Shown: positions 9,702 to 18,587 of the stretch, piece by piece
Layout: every line of letters begins with the position of its first letter
Position numbering within the stretch: position 1 is the stretch's first letter
NCBI GenBank assembly: GCA_963838015.1
Contig: CAWIPG010000007.1
Location: 114,867 to 178,866, forward strand
Length of the DNA stretch: 64,000 bases
Origin: an uncultured Acidobacteriaceae bacterium
GTDB taxonomy: Bacteria; Acidobacteriota; Terriglobia; Terriglobales; Acidobacteriaceae
Direction: 5' to 3'
Made by a program: the position numbers and the translations under genes
The notes under the pieces: generated by a model
Database searches by the model: none
The model's input: the letters and a program-made list of their open reading frames with translations, nothing else
What the model was told of the DNA's origin: nothing

Positions 9702-9766
9702 CGATACCAAGGTACCGCCGATACTATCGTCCAATTGATTCGCCGGAGCGCCTAGGGTGTAATCAG
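9702..9766 (+). promoter_or_regulatory. bipartite upstream module, copy C
   Basis: CGATACCAAGGTACCGCCGATACTATCGTCCAATTG, then 14 nt, then CTAGGGTGTAATCAG. It ends 10 nt before ATG 9776. Confidence 0.5.
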
Positions 9767-9775
9767 TGCCATCGC

Positions 9776-10093
9776 ATGTTCAAAGAAAGGATGGCGACCA
9801 CAATGCCGGAAGCAACCTGGAAACCTCACGAGAAACACGGACGGCTAACGATGCAGAGCGACTTGCCTGACAGCGTGTACGCGTTCCCAAAGCAGCGTAA
9901 AGAACCACTGACCGACGCACAACATGTGCGTAACGCGGTGGCGCGGTTCGATCAAGTTATCGACGTCTCCGATGGCGACCGTGCCTTGGCATTCGCGAAC
10001 ATCGAGAAAGCTGCAAGCTACTACGACGTCAACCTTGCGGAGACGTCGTGGCACGATTTGGCATCTCTCTCCAAAAGAGCAGAAAATATCTAA
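9776..10093 (+). CDS. DUF6582-like hypothetical protein
   Basis: AFPKQRKEPLTDAQHVRNAVARFDQV motif. An alternative start is ATG 9791. Confidence 0.6.
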   Translation: MFKERMATTMPEATWKPHEKHGRLTMQSDLPDSVYAFPKQRKEPLTDAQHVRNAVARFDQVIDVSDGDRALAFANIEKAASYYDVNLAETSWHDLASLSKRAENI

Positions 10094-10137
10094 AATCGTT
10101 TTGGTGACTATTTCCCCACCGTATACGGAGATGAATC

Positions 10138-11043
10138 ATGAAAGCAGTCGTTGTTCACCAATATGGCGGTCCAGAAGTACTGAAGTTCGAAGAGTATACG
10201 GACCCGGTTCCGGGTCCGGGTGAGGTGCTGGTGCGGGTCGCCGCCGCGAGCGTGAATCCGATTGACTACAAGCGGCGTGCGGGACTGACGCAGGATTTTT
10301 ATCCTATGCATTTCCCAGGTCTCATCGGAGTCGATATGGCGGGGACTGTGGTCAAGCTTGGATCGGGAGTAGAAGGATTCTCCGTCGGCGACCAGGTGTT
10401 CGCTATGGCGGATAATACTTACGCCGAACTTTGTGTCGTGAAGGCAGCGGTCCTGGCGAAGGTCCCGAAGGGGCTCGATTTGGTCCAGGCGGCTGCGCTG
10501 CCGCTGGTGACGACGACCGGCAACCAGCTTCTTCTTGCAACAGAAATCAAAGCCGGCCAGACGGTTGTGGTCGTGGGCGCGGTAGGAAACGTCGGGCGTT
10601 CGGCGATATTCACTGCGAAGGAACGTGGGGCAATTGTGATCGCGGGGGTGTTGAAGAGGCAGACGGATGAAGCAAAGACTGTGGGCGCGGATCAGGTGCT
10701 CGCAACTGACGACGACACCGCAATTGCGAATCTTCCGCCGCTCGATGCGGTCGCGGATACAGTCGGGGGAAGAACCGCCGAGAAGCTGATCCCCAAGGTG
10801 AAGCCGGGGGGAGTGTATGCATCGGTTGTCGAGGTGCCGCAGAACGCGGCGAAGTACCCAGCTGTAAGGGTGGTGCACGTATTCTCGAAATTCCACAGGA
10901 AAACGCTTGAGCATATGGCCGAAGCGGTGCGAGATGGCAAGCTGGTGATCCCGATTAGCCAGAAGCTGCCACTCAGTGAAGCGGCCGAGGCTCAGGCAGC
11001 CGCAGAAAAAGGTGGGATCGGGAAGATCTTGCTGGTGGCTTGA
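10138..11043 (+). CDS. NADPH:quinone oxidoreductase (MDR / zeta-crystallin family)
   Basis: MKAVVVHQYGGPEVL...GEVLVRVAAASVNPIDYK...VVVVGAVGNVG. Confidence 0.85.
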   Translation: MKAVVVHQYGGPEVLKFEEYTDPVPGPGEVLVRVAAASVNPIDYKRRAGLTQDFYPMHFPGLIGVDMAGTVVKLGSGVEGFSVGDQVFAMADNTYAELCVVKAAVLAKVPKGLDLVQAAALPLVTTTGNQLLLATEIKAGQTVVVVGAVGNVGRSAIFTAKERGAIVIAGVLKRQTDEAKTVGADQVLATDDDTAIANLPPLDAVADTVGGRTAEKLIPKVKPGGVYASVVEVPQNAAKYPAVRVVHVFSKFHRKTLEHMAEAVRDGKLVIPISQKLPLSEAAEAQAAAEKGGIGKILLVA

Positions 11044-11074
11044 ACTCTCCGCTGAACATAACGTTCAAGGAAAA

Positions 11075-11557
11075 TCAGATCTTGCCGGCGAGCCAGTAAT
11101 CGACGCTAAACCTTCCCGGGCCGGAGCAGAGCAGCCAGATAAAGAAGAGCACGTACAAGACTTCCGGAAGGTAGAGAAAATCGTCGAGCCAGTTTAGAGG
11201 GGAGAGTCCCTTAGGCAGGGTGGAAATTGCGTTGGTCAGGGTGGCGACAGTCATATCGATCAATAAGGCCACGCAGGCCACACTCGAAAGAAACCCGACG
11301 GTCAGCAAGGATCCGCAAACGAACTCGACACCCGCTACGAAATAAGCCGTCTGCCGGGGAAACGGGACTTTGGCCTTGACGAGCGTTTCGTAAACAGGCT
11401 TCGTACCGCCGGCGACAAATAATTTGTTTGCACCTGAGATGGCGAAGAACAGCCCGATCGAAACGCGTACCAGGAGGATGGCATACTGCTCCAAATCACC
11501 GTTACCCAACCGTGCAAACTGGACCAACCGTTTCCAATCCATCTCTAGTCCCTCCAT
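11075..11557 (-). CDS. DoxX family membrane protein
   Basis: LLVRVSIGLFFAISGANKLF and four hydrophobic segments. Confidence 0.75.
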   Translation of the reverse strand: MEGLEMDWKRLVQFARLGNGDLEQYAILLVRVSIGLFFAISGANKLFVAGGTKPVYETLVKAKVPFPRQTAYFVAGVEFVCGSLLTVGFLSSVACVALLIDMTVATLTNAISTLPKGLSPLNWLDDFLYLPEVLYVLFFIWLLCSGPGRFSVDYWLAGKI

Positions 11558-11572
11558 CGTTTCGGCGCGAGA

Positions 11573-11992
11573 TTATGTGTCCATCCGTTCGACCCATTGA
11601 GCGCGCGATGGGGAACCCACGAATGGATCCGCGAAATACTGTGTTTCCCGCGCAACCTTTTTGCCCGTGAACTCCATGATGCTCACGGTGTGAAACGGCT
11701 TGCCGTCATACGTCAGGGTGAGTTCGGTGACCCAAAGATCACCGTCGCCAATGATTCGCCGGACAGTAAACCGCTTCTTGCTCGGCTGACCGGTGCATTG
11801 GTTCTGTATATTGCTTCGACCGCGGGTTCGCTCACCGGACTGCGGGTAATCCAGCACCGCGTCTTCGTGATAGATAAGGTGCTCAGTTTCAAAATCATTG
11901 GCATCGGACGCCGCCCAATGCTGATTCAGTGCCGCACGGATCTCTTGATCTCGCGCTCCTGAGCACTGATCGTCCTTTTGTTGATCGTTCAT
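11573..11992 (-). CDS. SnoaL/NTF2-like fold protein
   Basis: Size and LNQHWAASDANDFE...DAVLDYPQSGE...DLWVTE pattern. Confidence 0.6.
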   Translation of the reverse strand: MNDQQKDDQCSGARDQEIRAALNQHWAASDANDFETEHLIYHEDAVLDYPQSGERTRGRSNIQNQCTGQPSKKRFTVRRIIGDGDLWVTELTLTYDGKPFHTVSIMEFTGKKVARETQYFADPFVGSPSRAQWVERMDT

Positions 11993-12028
11993 CTTGGGCG
12001 CTCAATTTGAAAGAAGCTAAAACTCCTC

Positions 12029-12496
12029 TTATGCGTTGTTTCGCGGATCGTCTTTCGCGCTGAGGTATTCGAGTCCGAGAGGGCCCATCGCGGTTACCTG
12101 CGTGACGTACTCGCTGGATTTCGCCCAGTGGAAATGGGGCGTGTTGCCAGGGAGAATGATCACGGCGCCGGGCGGATAGGCTTGCAACTTACTCGCATCG
12201 AACTCATCACCCAGTCCGATATAAAAGACGCCGGAAATCACGGTATAGACCCGATCCTCCGGGTGCTTGTGAGGCATCAGCTTTTCGCCGTGGGGCACTT
12301 TTACCCTCATTGTATAAGGGCTGGGCTCCGAGGGCTGGCCCACCACGACGGCCAGCCGGACGGAAGGTGGGAACGCAGGGAACGGTTTCCAATCGATATC
12401 TTCGGACAAGATGGCTTTGAAAACCTCTTGCCCGAGCTGGTGAGGCCGGACTTCGCTTTGCTGAGCGCGCTTTACGACGGCGGTTTTCTGAGACAT
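12029..12496 (-). CDS. cupin domain protein
   Basis: MPHKHPEDRVYTVISGVFYIGLGD...PGNTPHFHWA, the two cupin motifs. Confidence 0.75.
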   Translation of the reverse strand: MSQKTAVVKRAQQSEVRPHQLGQEVFKAILSEDIDWKPFPAFPPSVRLAVVVGQPSEPSPYTMRVKVPHGEKLMPHKHPEDRVYTVISGVFYIGLGDEFDASKLQAYPPGAVIILPGNTPHFHWAKSSEYVTQVTAMGPLGLEYLSAKDDPRNNA

Positions 12497-12646
12497 ACAA
12501 ACTCCTTCGTGCAGAAAATGTAGAGCTCACGACAGGCTTTCGGAACATGTCGTCCGAAGCATGTCTATCAAAACATATCTTGCCGAGATTGGCTTCGAAT
12601 ACCCTTACCCTCAACGCACCGAAAATAAGAATCGCGTCGGACGAAC

Positions 12647-13519
12647 CTAGTGCGCGATTTGGCCCAGGTAGTATCCGAGCCGATCTTCGACATCCCCTGG
12701 CTTATGAAAGCCGCGCGCCATCAGCGCCTTGATTCCCTCCTGAGCCGCAGGCCGCCCGAGCGAAGCGATGCACGCATCCCATCCGGCCCCGAGCTCGACA
12801 TCCGGCGGCAGGCTGGTGTTGACGAGGCGCTTGGTGTTGGCGATCGCCCATTTGTCGAACTTGGCGATCCGGGTCGCGAGCGCCTCTACGAACGCATCCA
12901 GCTCGGCGTCAGGTAGGGCGCGATTAATGTAGCCGTACGCCTCGGCCTGGTCTGCCAGGATGTCTTCCGAGCTCAAGAGCACCTCGAGGGCGCGGTTTCG
13001 GCCGATGAGTCGGGGCAGCCGAGCCATGGGGCCGCCGCCAGCGACCATTCCGACGCCCACCTCCCATTGCGAGATGATAGTCTTTTCGCGGCTGGCGAAA
13101 CTCATGTCGCAGGCCAGCGTAATCTCGCTGCCATTGCCGGTCGCACGACCACGGATGAGTGCGATAGAAGCGACTGGCAGGCGAGTCAGACGCGCGAGAA
13201 AGTCCGGCCAAGGCGGCAAGCCTGTGGGTCCGGCCGGCATTTCTGTAAGGTCTTCAAGCTTGGCCGTGAAATCGGAGTGATTGAGGAAATAGTCGCCGAC
13301 CGCGCTGTCGAAGACCACAACCCTGACTTGCTCATCAGCCTCAAGAGCATTTATGACTTCCTGGAACTCCCGGACCATTTCCGGGCCCATGACATTGATC
13401 GGCGGGTTGTCGATCGTGACACGCCAATAGGCGGGTGACCTCTGGGTCACGCGAATCTGCGGGGATTTCGTGGGTGCGCTCACCTCTGTGAGTTTGGCGG
13501 GTGCGTTCATAGTAGCCAT
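12647..13519 (-). CDS. enoyl-CoA hydratase/isomerase (crotonase) family protein
   Basis: WRVTIDNPPINVMG...VRVVVFDSAV...IRGRATGNGSE. ATG 13519 is preceded by AGGAAA; the ORF-track start 13549 has no RBS. Confidence 0.8.
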   Translation of the reverse strand: MATMNAPAKLTEVSAPTKSPQIRVTQRSPAYWRVTIDNPPINVMGPEMVREFQEVINALEADEQVRVVVFDSAVGDYFLNHSDFTAKLEDLTEMPAGPTGLPPWPDFLARLTRLPVASIALIRGRATGNGSEITLACDMSFASREKTIISQWEVGVGMVAGGGPMARLPRLIGRNRALEVLLSSEDILADQAEAYGYINRALPDAELDAFVEALATRIAKFDKWAIANTKRLVNTSLPPDVELGAGWDACIASLGRPAAQEGIKALMARGFHKPGDVEDRLGYYLGQIAH

Positions 13520-13598
13520 GGGATTTTCCTCGTATTTGTCAGTCTTCATTTGTCAGTCTTGGGAACCTTGTTGGCCGAATCCAACAATAAAAGCTGTA

Positions 13599-13663
13599 AT
13601 CATTCAGCCAGAACAGAATGGGCTGCGCAATTGGACGATGGTATTGCCCATACTTTCGTATCG
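13599..13663 (-). promoter_or_regulatory. bipartite upstream module, copy D (faces 12647-13519 operon)
   Basis: Minus strand reads CGATACGAAAGTATGGGCAATACCATCGTCCAATTG, then 14 nt, then TTCTGGCTGAATGAT. Confidence 0.5.
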
Positions 13664-13759
13664 ACTGCGGCGTCTTCACGCCTGAGGCATCCGGGTTGTT
13701 CTTCGTCCAGTTGGTCATTCAGTTTTGATCAAAGCGAAGGAAGCCTCCTCCCGCACACC

Positions 13760-13824
13760 CGATACGAAGGTATCCCCTATACCATCGTCCAATTGTTTAA
13801 CTCCCTCACTTCTGGCCTAATCGC
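13760..13824 (+). promoter_or_regulatory. bipartite upstream module, copy E (faces cytochrome P460 gene)
   Basis: CGATACGAAGGTATCCCCTATACCATCGTCCAATTG, then 14 nt, then TTCTGGCCTAATCGC. Confidence 0.5.
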
Positions 13825-13885
13825 AATTGCTCGACGTGCACGCTGATGGAGCTGCAGAAAACTTTTTTGTGAAAGAGAGCACACT

Positions 13886-14512
13886 ATGTTTGAGCTGGTG
13901 ACAAAATCTGTAACGCAAGAACAACGGAAGACAGGGAAACGCACCGCAGTAAAACGTATCGCCGCCTTTACCATCGGATTGGCAGCCGGAGCGGTGCTTG
14001 CCCTACTCGTCGCCCCGGGGGTTTTCGCGCAAGGCCAGAACGGAGTCCAAGATAAAGGCAAGTATTCGCTGCAATCGCCGGGCGGAATCGCCTTCTCGGA
14101 CTTTAGAGGCTATGAGGACTGGTCTGCGGTCTCCTCCGCCCGAACCGACGAAGTGCTCAAAGTAATCGTCGGCAATCCAACCATAATCACGGCGTACAAG
14201 TCCGGCATTCCGGGCAACGGGCAGCCTTTTCCGGATGGCTCAATGCTCGTGAAGCTCCAGTGGAAGCCGAAGAAGAGTACGGAGGCTCAGTTCGCCGTGG
14301 ATGTACCAGACGTCTTTACCCAGGCTTTCGTCATGGAAAAGGACAGCAAGAGATTTCCGAAGAGTGGCGGGTGGGGATACGCGGTGTTCAACTACGACGC
14401 TGCATCAGACAAGTTCACGGCCGACCCCAAAAGCCTCTCAGACTGCGGAAACGCCTGCCATACGGTCGTGAAGGCGAAGGACTATGTCTTCCACCCGTAC
14501 CAGAAGCGTTGA
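13886..14512 (+). CDS. cytochrome P460 family protein
   Basis: Signal peptide, FRGYEDW...LVKLQWK...GGWGYAVF, and the C-terminal heme motif CGNACH. Confidence 0.8.
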   Translation: MFELVTKSVTQEQRKTGKRTAVKRIAAFTIGLAAGAVLALLVAPGVFAQGQNGVQDKGKYSLQSPGGIAFSDFRGYEDWSAVSSARTDEVLKVIVGNPTIITAYKSGIPGNGQPFPDGSMLVKLQWKPKKSTEAQFAVDVPDVFTQAFVMEKDSKRFPKSGGWGYAVFNYDAASDKFTADPKSLSDCGNACHTVVKAKDYVFHPYQKR

Positions 14513-14545
14513 CCAGCCGTGCCAAACTTTTCACAAGGAGGAAAT

Positions 14546-14752
14546 ATGGATCACAATGAGGCAGTCCGGAAATTTGAACATTTGATGATCAAACAGGCCG
14601 ACCACGCGCACGAGGCGGCAATCGAGCTTGAAGCTTTGGTTCTGCTCATGCCCAGTGAGAAATCTCGCCAGCTCGCGCACCTTCAAATAAAGGCGAGTCA
14701 CAAACAATCTAAAGACTTCCGCGAACTGGCGCAGAAAGCCAAGGAAAGCTAG
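14546..14752 (+). CDS. small hypothetical protein
   Basis: ATG 14546 is preceded by AAGGAGG. Helical and charged, with no recognised domain. Confidence 0.45.
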   Translation: MDHNEAVRKFEHLMIKQADHAHEAAIELEALVLLMPSEKSRQLAHLQIKASHKQSKDFRELAQKAKES

Positions 14753-14845
14753 TCTCGGCCCCATCTGATGGTCAGCCGACATGGTTGGCGTGCTGGAGTA
14801 CTTCAAGCACAACTACAGGTTCGTCTCAATGAATGTGACGATGAT

Positions 14846-15868
14846 TTAGCGCCACCCGAGGGCTGGGGCGACCGAAGTCAGAATTGCCTCCATGACATGC
14901 GCATTGTAGGCAACGCCTAATTGATTTGGGATGGTTAGCAATAGGGTATCGGCCTCCGCGATCGCATCGTCTTTCCTAAGCTGCTCGATGAGAACATCCG
15001 GCTCAGCAGCATAGCTGCGGCCAAAGATTGCCCGTGTGTTTTCGTCAAGGAATCCGATTTTGTCTTCTTCCTGAGAGTCCCGTCCGAAATAGCGATGATC
15101 ACGGTCATCGAGCAACGGAAAAATGCTGCGACTAACGGAAACCCGCGGAGTACGCGTATGACCAGCTTCCTTCCAGGCCGCGCGAAAGGCGCGAATCTGA
15201 GCAGCTTGTTGGATGTGCAGAGGTTCGCCGGTTTCGTCGAATTTGAGGGTCGAGGTCTGCAGGTTCATTCCGTGCTTCGCGGCCCACACTGCTGTTGCAT
15301 TGGAAGCAGATCCCCACCAGATTCGATCACGCAATCCTGCAGAGTACGGCTCAAGTCGCAGAAGTCCCGGAGGATTGGGAAACATTGGACGCGGGTTCGG
15401 CTGCGCGAAGTCCTTACCGCGCAGCAATTCAAGAAATTCTTCGGCATGCCGCCGCCCCATATCTGCATCATCCTCGCCTTCAGACAGGCGATAGCCAAAA
15501 TAGCGCCAACCATCGATGACCTGCTCGGGCGAACCGCGGCTGATTCCCAACTGCAGTCGCCCGCGGGCGATTAGATCCGCAGCCCCAGCGTCTTCCGTCA
15601 TGTAGTGAGGATTCTCATACCGCATGTCGATCACGGCCGTGCCAATCTCAATCTTCCGCGTTTTTGCACCGACCGCCGCCAGCAGCGGAAGCGGTGATGC
15701 CAGTTGCTGGGCGAAATGGTGAACCCGGAAGTAGGCCCCGTCCATTCCCAGGCGCTCGGCCTCCATGGCGAGGTCAATGGACTGCAGAAGCACATCGGCC
15801 GCCGTCTGCGCTTGTGATTGGGGAGAAGGTGTCCAATGGCCGAATGAGAGAAAGCCAATTTTCTTCAT
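14846..15868 (-). CDS. LLM-class (luciferase-like) flavin-dependent oxidoreductase
   Basis: MKKIGFLSFGHW...GMDGAYFRVHHF...LQLGISRG. Confidence 0.8.
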   Translation of the reverse strand: MKKIGFLSFGHWTPSPQSQAQTAADVLLQSIDLAMEAERLGMDGAYFRVHHFAQQLASPLPLLAAVGAKTRKIEIGTAVIDMRYENPHYMTEDAGAADLIARGRLQLGISRGSPEQVIDGWRYFGYRLSEGEDDADMGRRHAEEFLELLRGKDFAQPNPRPMFPNPPGLLRLEPYSAGLRDRIWWGSASNATAVWAAKHGMNLQTSTLKFDETGEPLHIQQAAQIRAFRAAWKEAGHTRTPRVSVSRSIFPLLDDRDHRYFGRDSQEEDKIGFLDENTRAIFGRSYAAEPDVLIEQLRKDDAIAEADTLLLTIPNQLGVAYNAHVMEAILTSVAPALGWR

Positions 15869-16042
15869 GCAATACAAGTCTCCCATATTGCCGATACGGC
15901 TGTGCGCCATTTCTTCATTAACGAGGGCAAAGCGCGATGGCCTCGGCAGCTTCTTCTCTCAGTCCGGTGTGTGTGCACAATGCGGGCGGGTTTCTCGTAT
16001 TTCGGAATAGCAACAGTGGAATTTTCTGCGGTGAAGATTTGA

Positions 16043-16132
16043 TGGCGGAGGGAGAGGGATTCGAACCCCCGGTACCCTTTCAGGTACAGCGGTTTTCAAG
16101 ACCGCCTGTTTCAACCACTCACACATCCCTCC
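16043..16132 (-). tRNA. tRNA-Ser (anticodon UGA), CCA encoded
   Basis: Minus strand GGAGGGATGTGTGAGTGGTTGAAACAGGCGGTCTTGAAAACCGCTGTACCTGAAAGGGTACCGGGGGTTCGAATCCCTCTCCCTCCGCCA. It has a 7-bp acceptor stem, CTTGAAA anticodon loop, long variable arm and GTTCGAATC T-loop. Confidence 0.93.
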
Positions 16133-16256
16133 GGATTTGCGAGCGCGACTGGATAGTATTTTACACTCGGCCCGTCTGGAGGCTGCTGGCTTATTGGGAA
16201 ACCAAAGCTCAGGCATCCAGCATTCACTCATGGCTTCGTCAGCAAAGTCTAATCGC

Positions 16257-17162
16257 CTATTGGATGAGACCGAATGCTCGGGAATGAAATTCCATGACCT
16301 CGGCGAAATGGTCCATAAAATAGGAAAAACTGTGGTCGCCGGGATACGGATGATACTCGTGCTTCACTCCTTCTTTCTGCAATTGTTCATGTAACGCGGA
16401 CGCGCCTTTTTCGAAGCCGTAGTTGTCATCCTGACCGCAATTGAAATATATGGAGAGCTGTCGCAGGGCGGTCTGGTTTTTTGCTGCCAGAACGAATGGA
16501 CTATTATCTTTCCAGTGTTGCACTGCGATCGGGCTTCCGAAAACTGTTGCCAGCAATTTCCCGAGAGGCGCACCCGAGCGGGCCGCCGTGTCGAGTTCCT
16601 GCGGAGACTCGGTGATTAATGCCGCGCTTTGCGCGCTGACAGCCGAGAAAAGTTCGGGGTGGGCGAAGGCGAAACGCAGGGCGCCATAACCTCCCATGGA
16701 GATGCCACTGATGGCGCGATTAGAATGGCCCTTGCTGATGCGGTACTTCGATTCGATAAGAGGGATGAATTCCTGCAGAAAAAAATCGCTGTAACGCACC
16801 GATCCATCGGCGGAATTGACATAGAACGTGCGCCCGCCTTCGGGAGCGGCAATTAAGAATTCTCCCATCTTGTGCTGCTGGCGAAGATCGTCGAGCAGCG
16901 TCCAGCCACCGCTGTTAAACAATGAGCGCTCATTGTCGCCCAGGCCGTGGAGGTAATAAAGCACGGGATATTTTTGTGCGGGATGCTGGTGGGCTCCGGC
17001 GTCGTAGCTCGGGGGAAGATATACGCAATAGTGCACCGGATACTTCAGGATCTGGCTGTCGAGGGCGTTGCAGTCGATCCGGCTCTGAGCGTGAGTCTCA
17101 ACGGCGAGGGCTAAAGCCGCAACTACGAGGAAGCTCCGGACACAGCGTTCGATCGATTTCAC
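16257..17162 (-). CDS. secreted esterase family protein (alpha/beta hydrolase)
   Basis: Signal peptide, YPVLYYLHGLGDN and nucleophile elbow GISMGGYGA. Confidence 0.8.
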   Translation of the reverse strand: MKSIERCVRSFLVVAALALAVETHAQSRIDCNALDSQILKYPVHYCVYLPPSYDAGAHQHPAQKYPVLYYLHGLGDNERSLFNSGGWTLLDDLRQQHKMGEFLIAAPEGGRTFYVNSADGSVRYSDFFLQEFIPLIESKYRISKGHSNRAISGISMGGYGALRFAFAHPELFSAVSAQSAALITESPQELDTAARSGAPLGKLLATVFGSPIAVQHWKDNSPFVLAAKNQTALRQLSIYFNCGQDDNYGFEKGASALHEQLQKEGVKHEYHPYPGDHSFSYFMDHFAEVMEFHSRAFGLIQ

Positions 17163-17171
17163 AATTTCAGT

Positions 17172-18587
17172 TTACTCGTAGCGAAGGGCTTGCACGGGAT
17201 CAAGACGGGCGGCGCGTCCAGCGGGATAGAGGCCCGCCGCGAGGCTCACAAGGAAAGAAAACAGTACGGCAAACCCCACCAGCCACAACGGAACCGACCA
17301 CAAGTGCTCTGGTGGATAAGACTGACTTTTGAGGTAAATGTTGGTCCCAAGGTTGATCACCTGGCCGATCGCCCAGCCCAGGGCGACTCCGACAAGACCA
17401 CCGAGGATTCCCATCGCGCCTGCTTCCGCGAAAAAGAGTTTCTTCACGTCAGCGTCGCTGGCACCAATGGCTTTCATGATTCCGATCTCGCGGCGGCGCT
17501 CCAGAATTGCCATGACGAGTGTGTTCACAATTCCGATGAAAGCCACCGCCAGGGCGAGGCTGCCGAAAATTCCGAGAAACACATCGAGCACCCTGAAGAA
17601 TTGCTGGATGCTGCGGCTGGCGTCGAGAATCGAGAAGGTGTTGAAGCCCATCTTCTTGATGGCGTCTTCTACTTTCCGAACCTGGCTGGGGTCGTTCACT
17701 CGAACGCTCACGGAGGAATAAACCGGCTGATCGCTGGCGGCGCGGGAAATCTCGCGGAGGTCCGTGGGCTGCATCACATGCAAACTCTCAGCCAGCTTGA
17801 GCGGGAGAAAGACTCGTGCCCGGGTTGGTCCGCGCATGCTTTCGGGATCGAGATCGGCAACGCCGGCAATCTTCAGCTTTAGTTCACGCGAAACCACGGA
17901 GTAAGCGGCATCGGCTAGATTGTTGCTATTCGAGCTGGCTGATTGGTTCGAGGCCGTCGTCGCCGCGGCCGCGCTCTGTGCGGCTTCGCGCTGGGCATAG
18001 CGCATCGTCAATTCCTTGCCTAGCAGCGGACCGGCCACTTCCGCCACGTTGGTTTCGTCGACACCGGGCTTCGGAGTTCTTCCCAGCAGCTCTTCGGCGA
18101 ATGTCTTTTGAAGAATCGCTTCGGGTGCGGTGTCGGAGGAGAAGAAGTGTCCCTGCACGGTATCAAAAGCGTCGTTCGATTTCGCGGAAGCGGGCAGCGC
18201 AGAGATCATGGTCAGATGCGGCTTGTCGTCGTAGCGCAACTCGGTGATGAAGCGAATATCGGGATAGGCTTCGAGCACGTTCGGGAGATGTTCGATCTCC
18301 ACTCGAGTGGCTTCGTCGAGGATGCGGCTTTCCCCTGGCGCCGGGCCGTTGCGCTCTTCCTCACGACCGAAGTTGCGCAGATCGCGGCGCGAGGTCACCA
18401 CCACGGTGTCGAACAATCCTGACTTCATCAAGCGCCGCGATGCCATTTGTTGCAGACCGATGCCAAGAGAAAGCATTGCGACCAGCGACGCGACACCGAC
18501 CGAGATGCCGAGGGTGGTCAGCGAATTTCGCAGGAGAGACTCGCGCAAGTTGCGCAGGGCGAGCTCGGTGAGGTCGGGAAGTTTCAT
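17172..18587 (-). CDS. ABC transporter permease, MacB/FtsX type
   Basis: N-terminal TM, large periplasmic domain and C-terminal FtsX-like 3-TM bundle. Overlaps the ATPase gene by 4 nt. Confidence 0.85.
   Translation of the reverse strand: MKLPDLTELALRNLRESLLRNSLTTLGISVGVASLVAMLSLGIGLQQMASRRLMKSGLFDTVVVTSRRDLRNFGREEERNGPAPGESRILDEATRVEIEHLPNVLEAYPDIRFITELRYDDKPHLTMISALPASAKSNDAFDTVQGHFFSSDTAPEAILQKTFAEELLGRTPKPGVDETNVAEVAGPLLGKELTMRYAQREAAQSAAAATTASNQSASSNSNNLADAAYSVVSRELKLKIAGVADLDPESMRGPTRARVFLPLKLAESLHVMQPTDLREISRAASDQPVYSSVSVRVNDPSQVRKVEDAIKKMGFNTFSILDASRSIQQFFRVLDVFLGIFGSLALAVAFIGIVNTLVMAILERRREIGIMKAIGASDADVKKLFFAEAGAMGILGGLVGVALGWAIGQVINLGTNIYLKSQSYPPEHLWSVPLWLVGFAVLFSFLVSLAAGLYPAGRAARLDPVQALRYE

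Noticed and set aside
9729-9766. MerR-type promoter idea, from the 19-nt gap between TTGNTT (end of box 1) and TAATCR (end of box 2).
   Set aside because: MerR operators lie as a dyad within the spacer. Here the spacer is unconserved and the dyads lie upstream of box 1.
13810-13830. Reading box 2 (CTGGCCTAATCGCAATTGC) as a sigma-54 -24/-12 promoter.
   Set aside because: GG-to-GC spacing is 7 or 13 nt instead of the required 10, and the TTGC is not conserved in the other copies.
16043-16132. tRNA-Ser as an integration site for a genomic island.
   Set aside because: There is no integrase, no partial tRNA duplicate and no direct repeat nearby. Flanking genes look like ordinary chromosomal genes.
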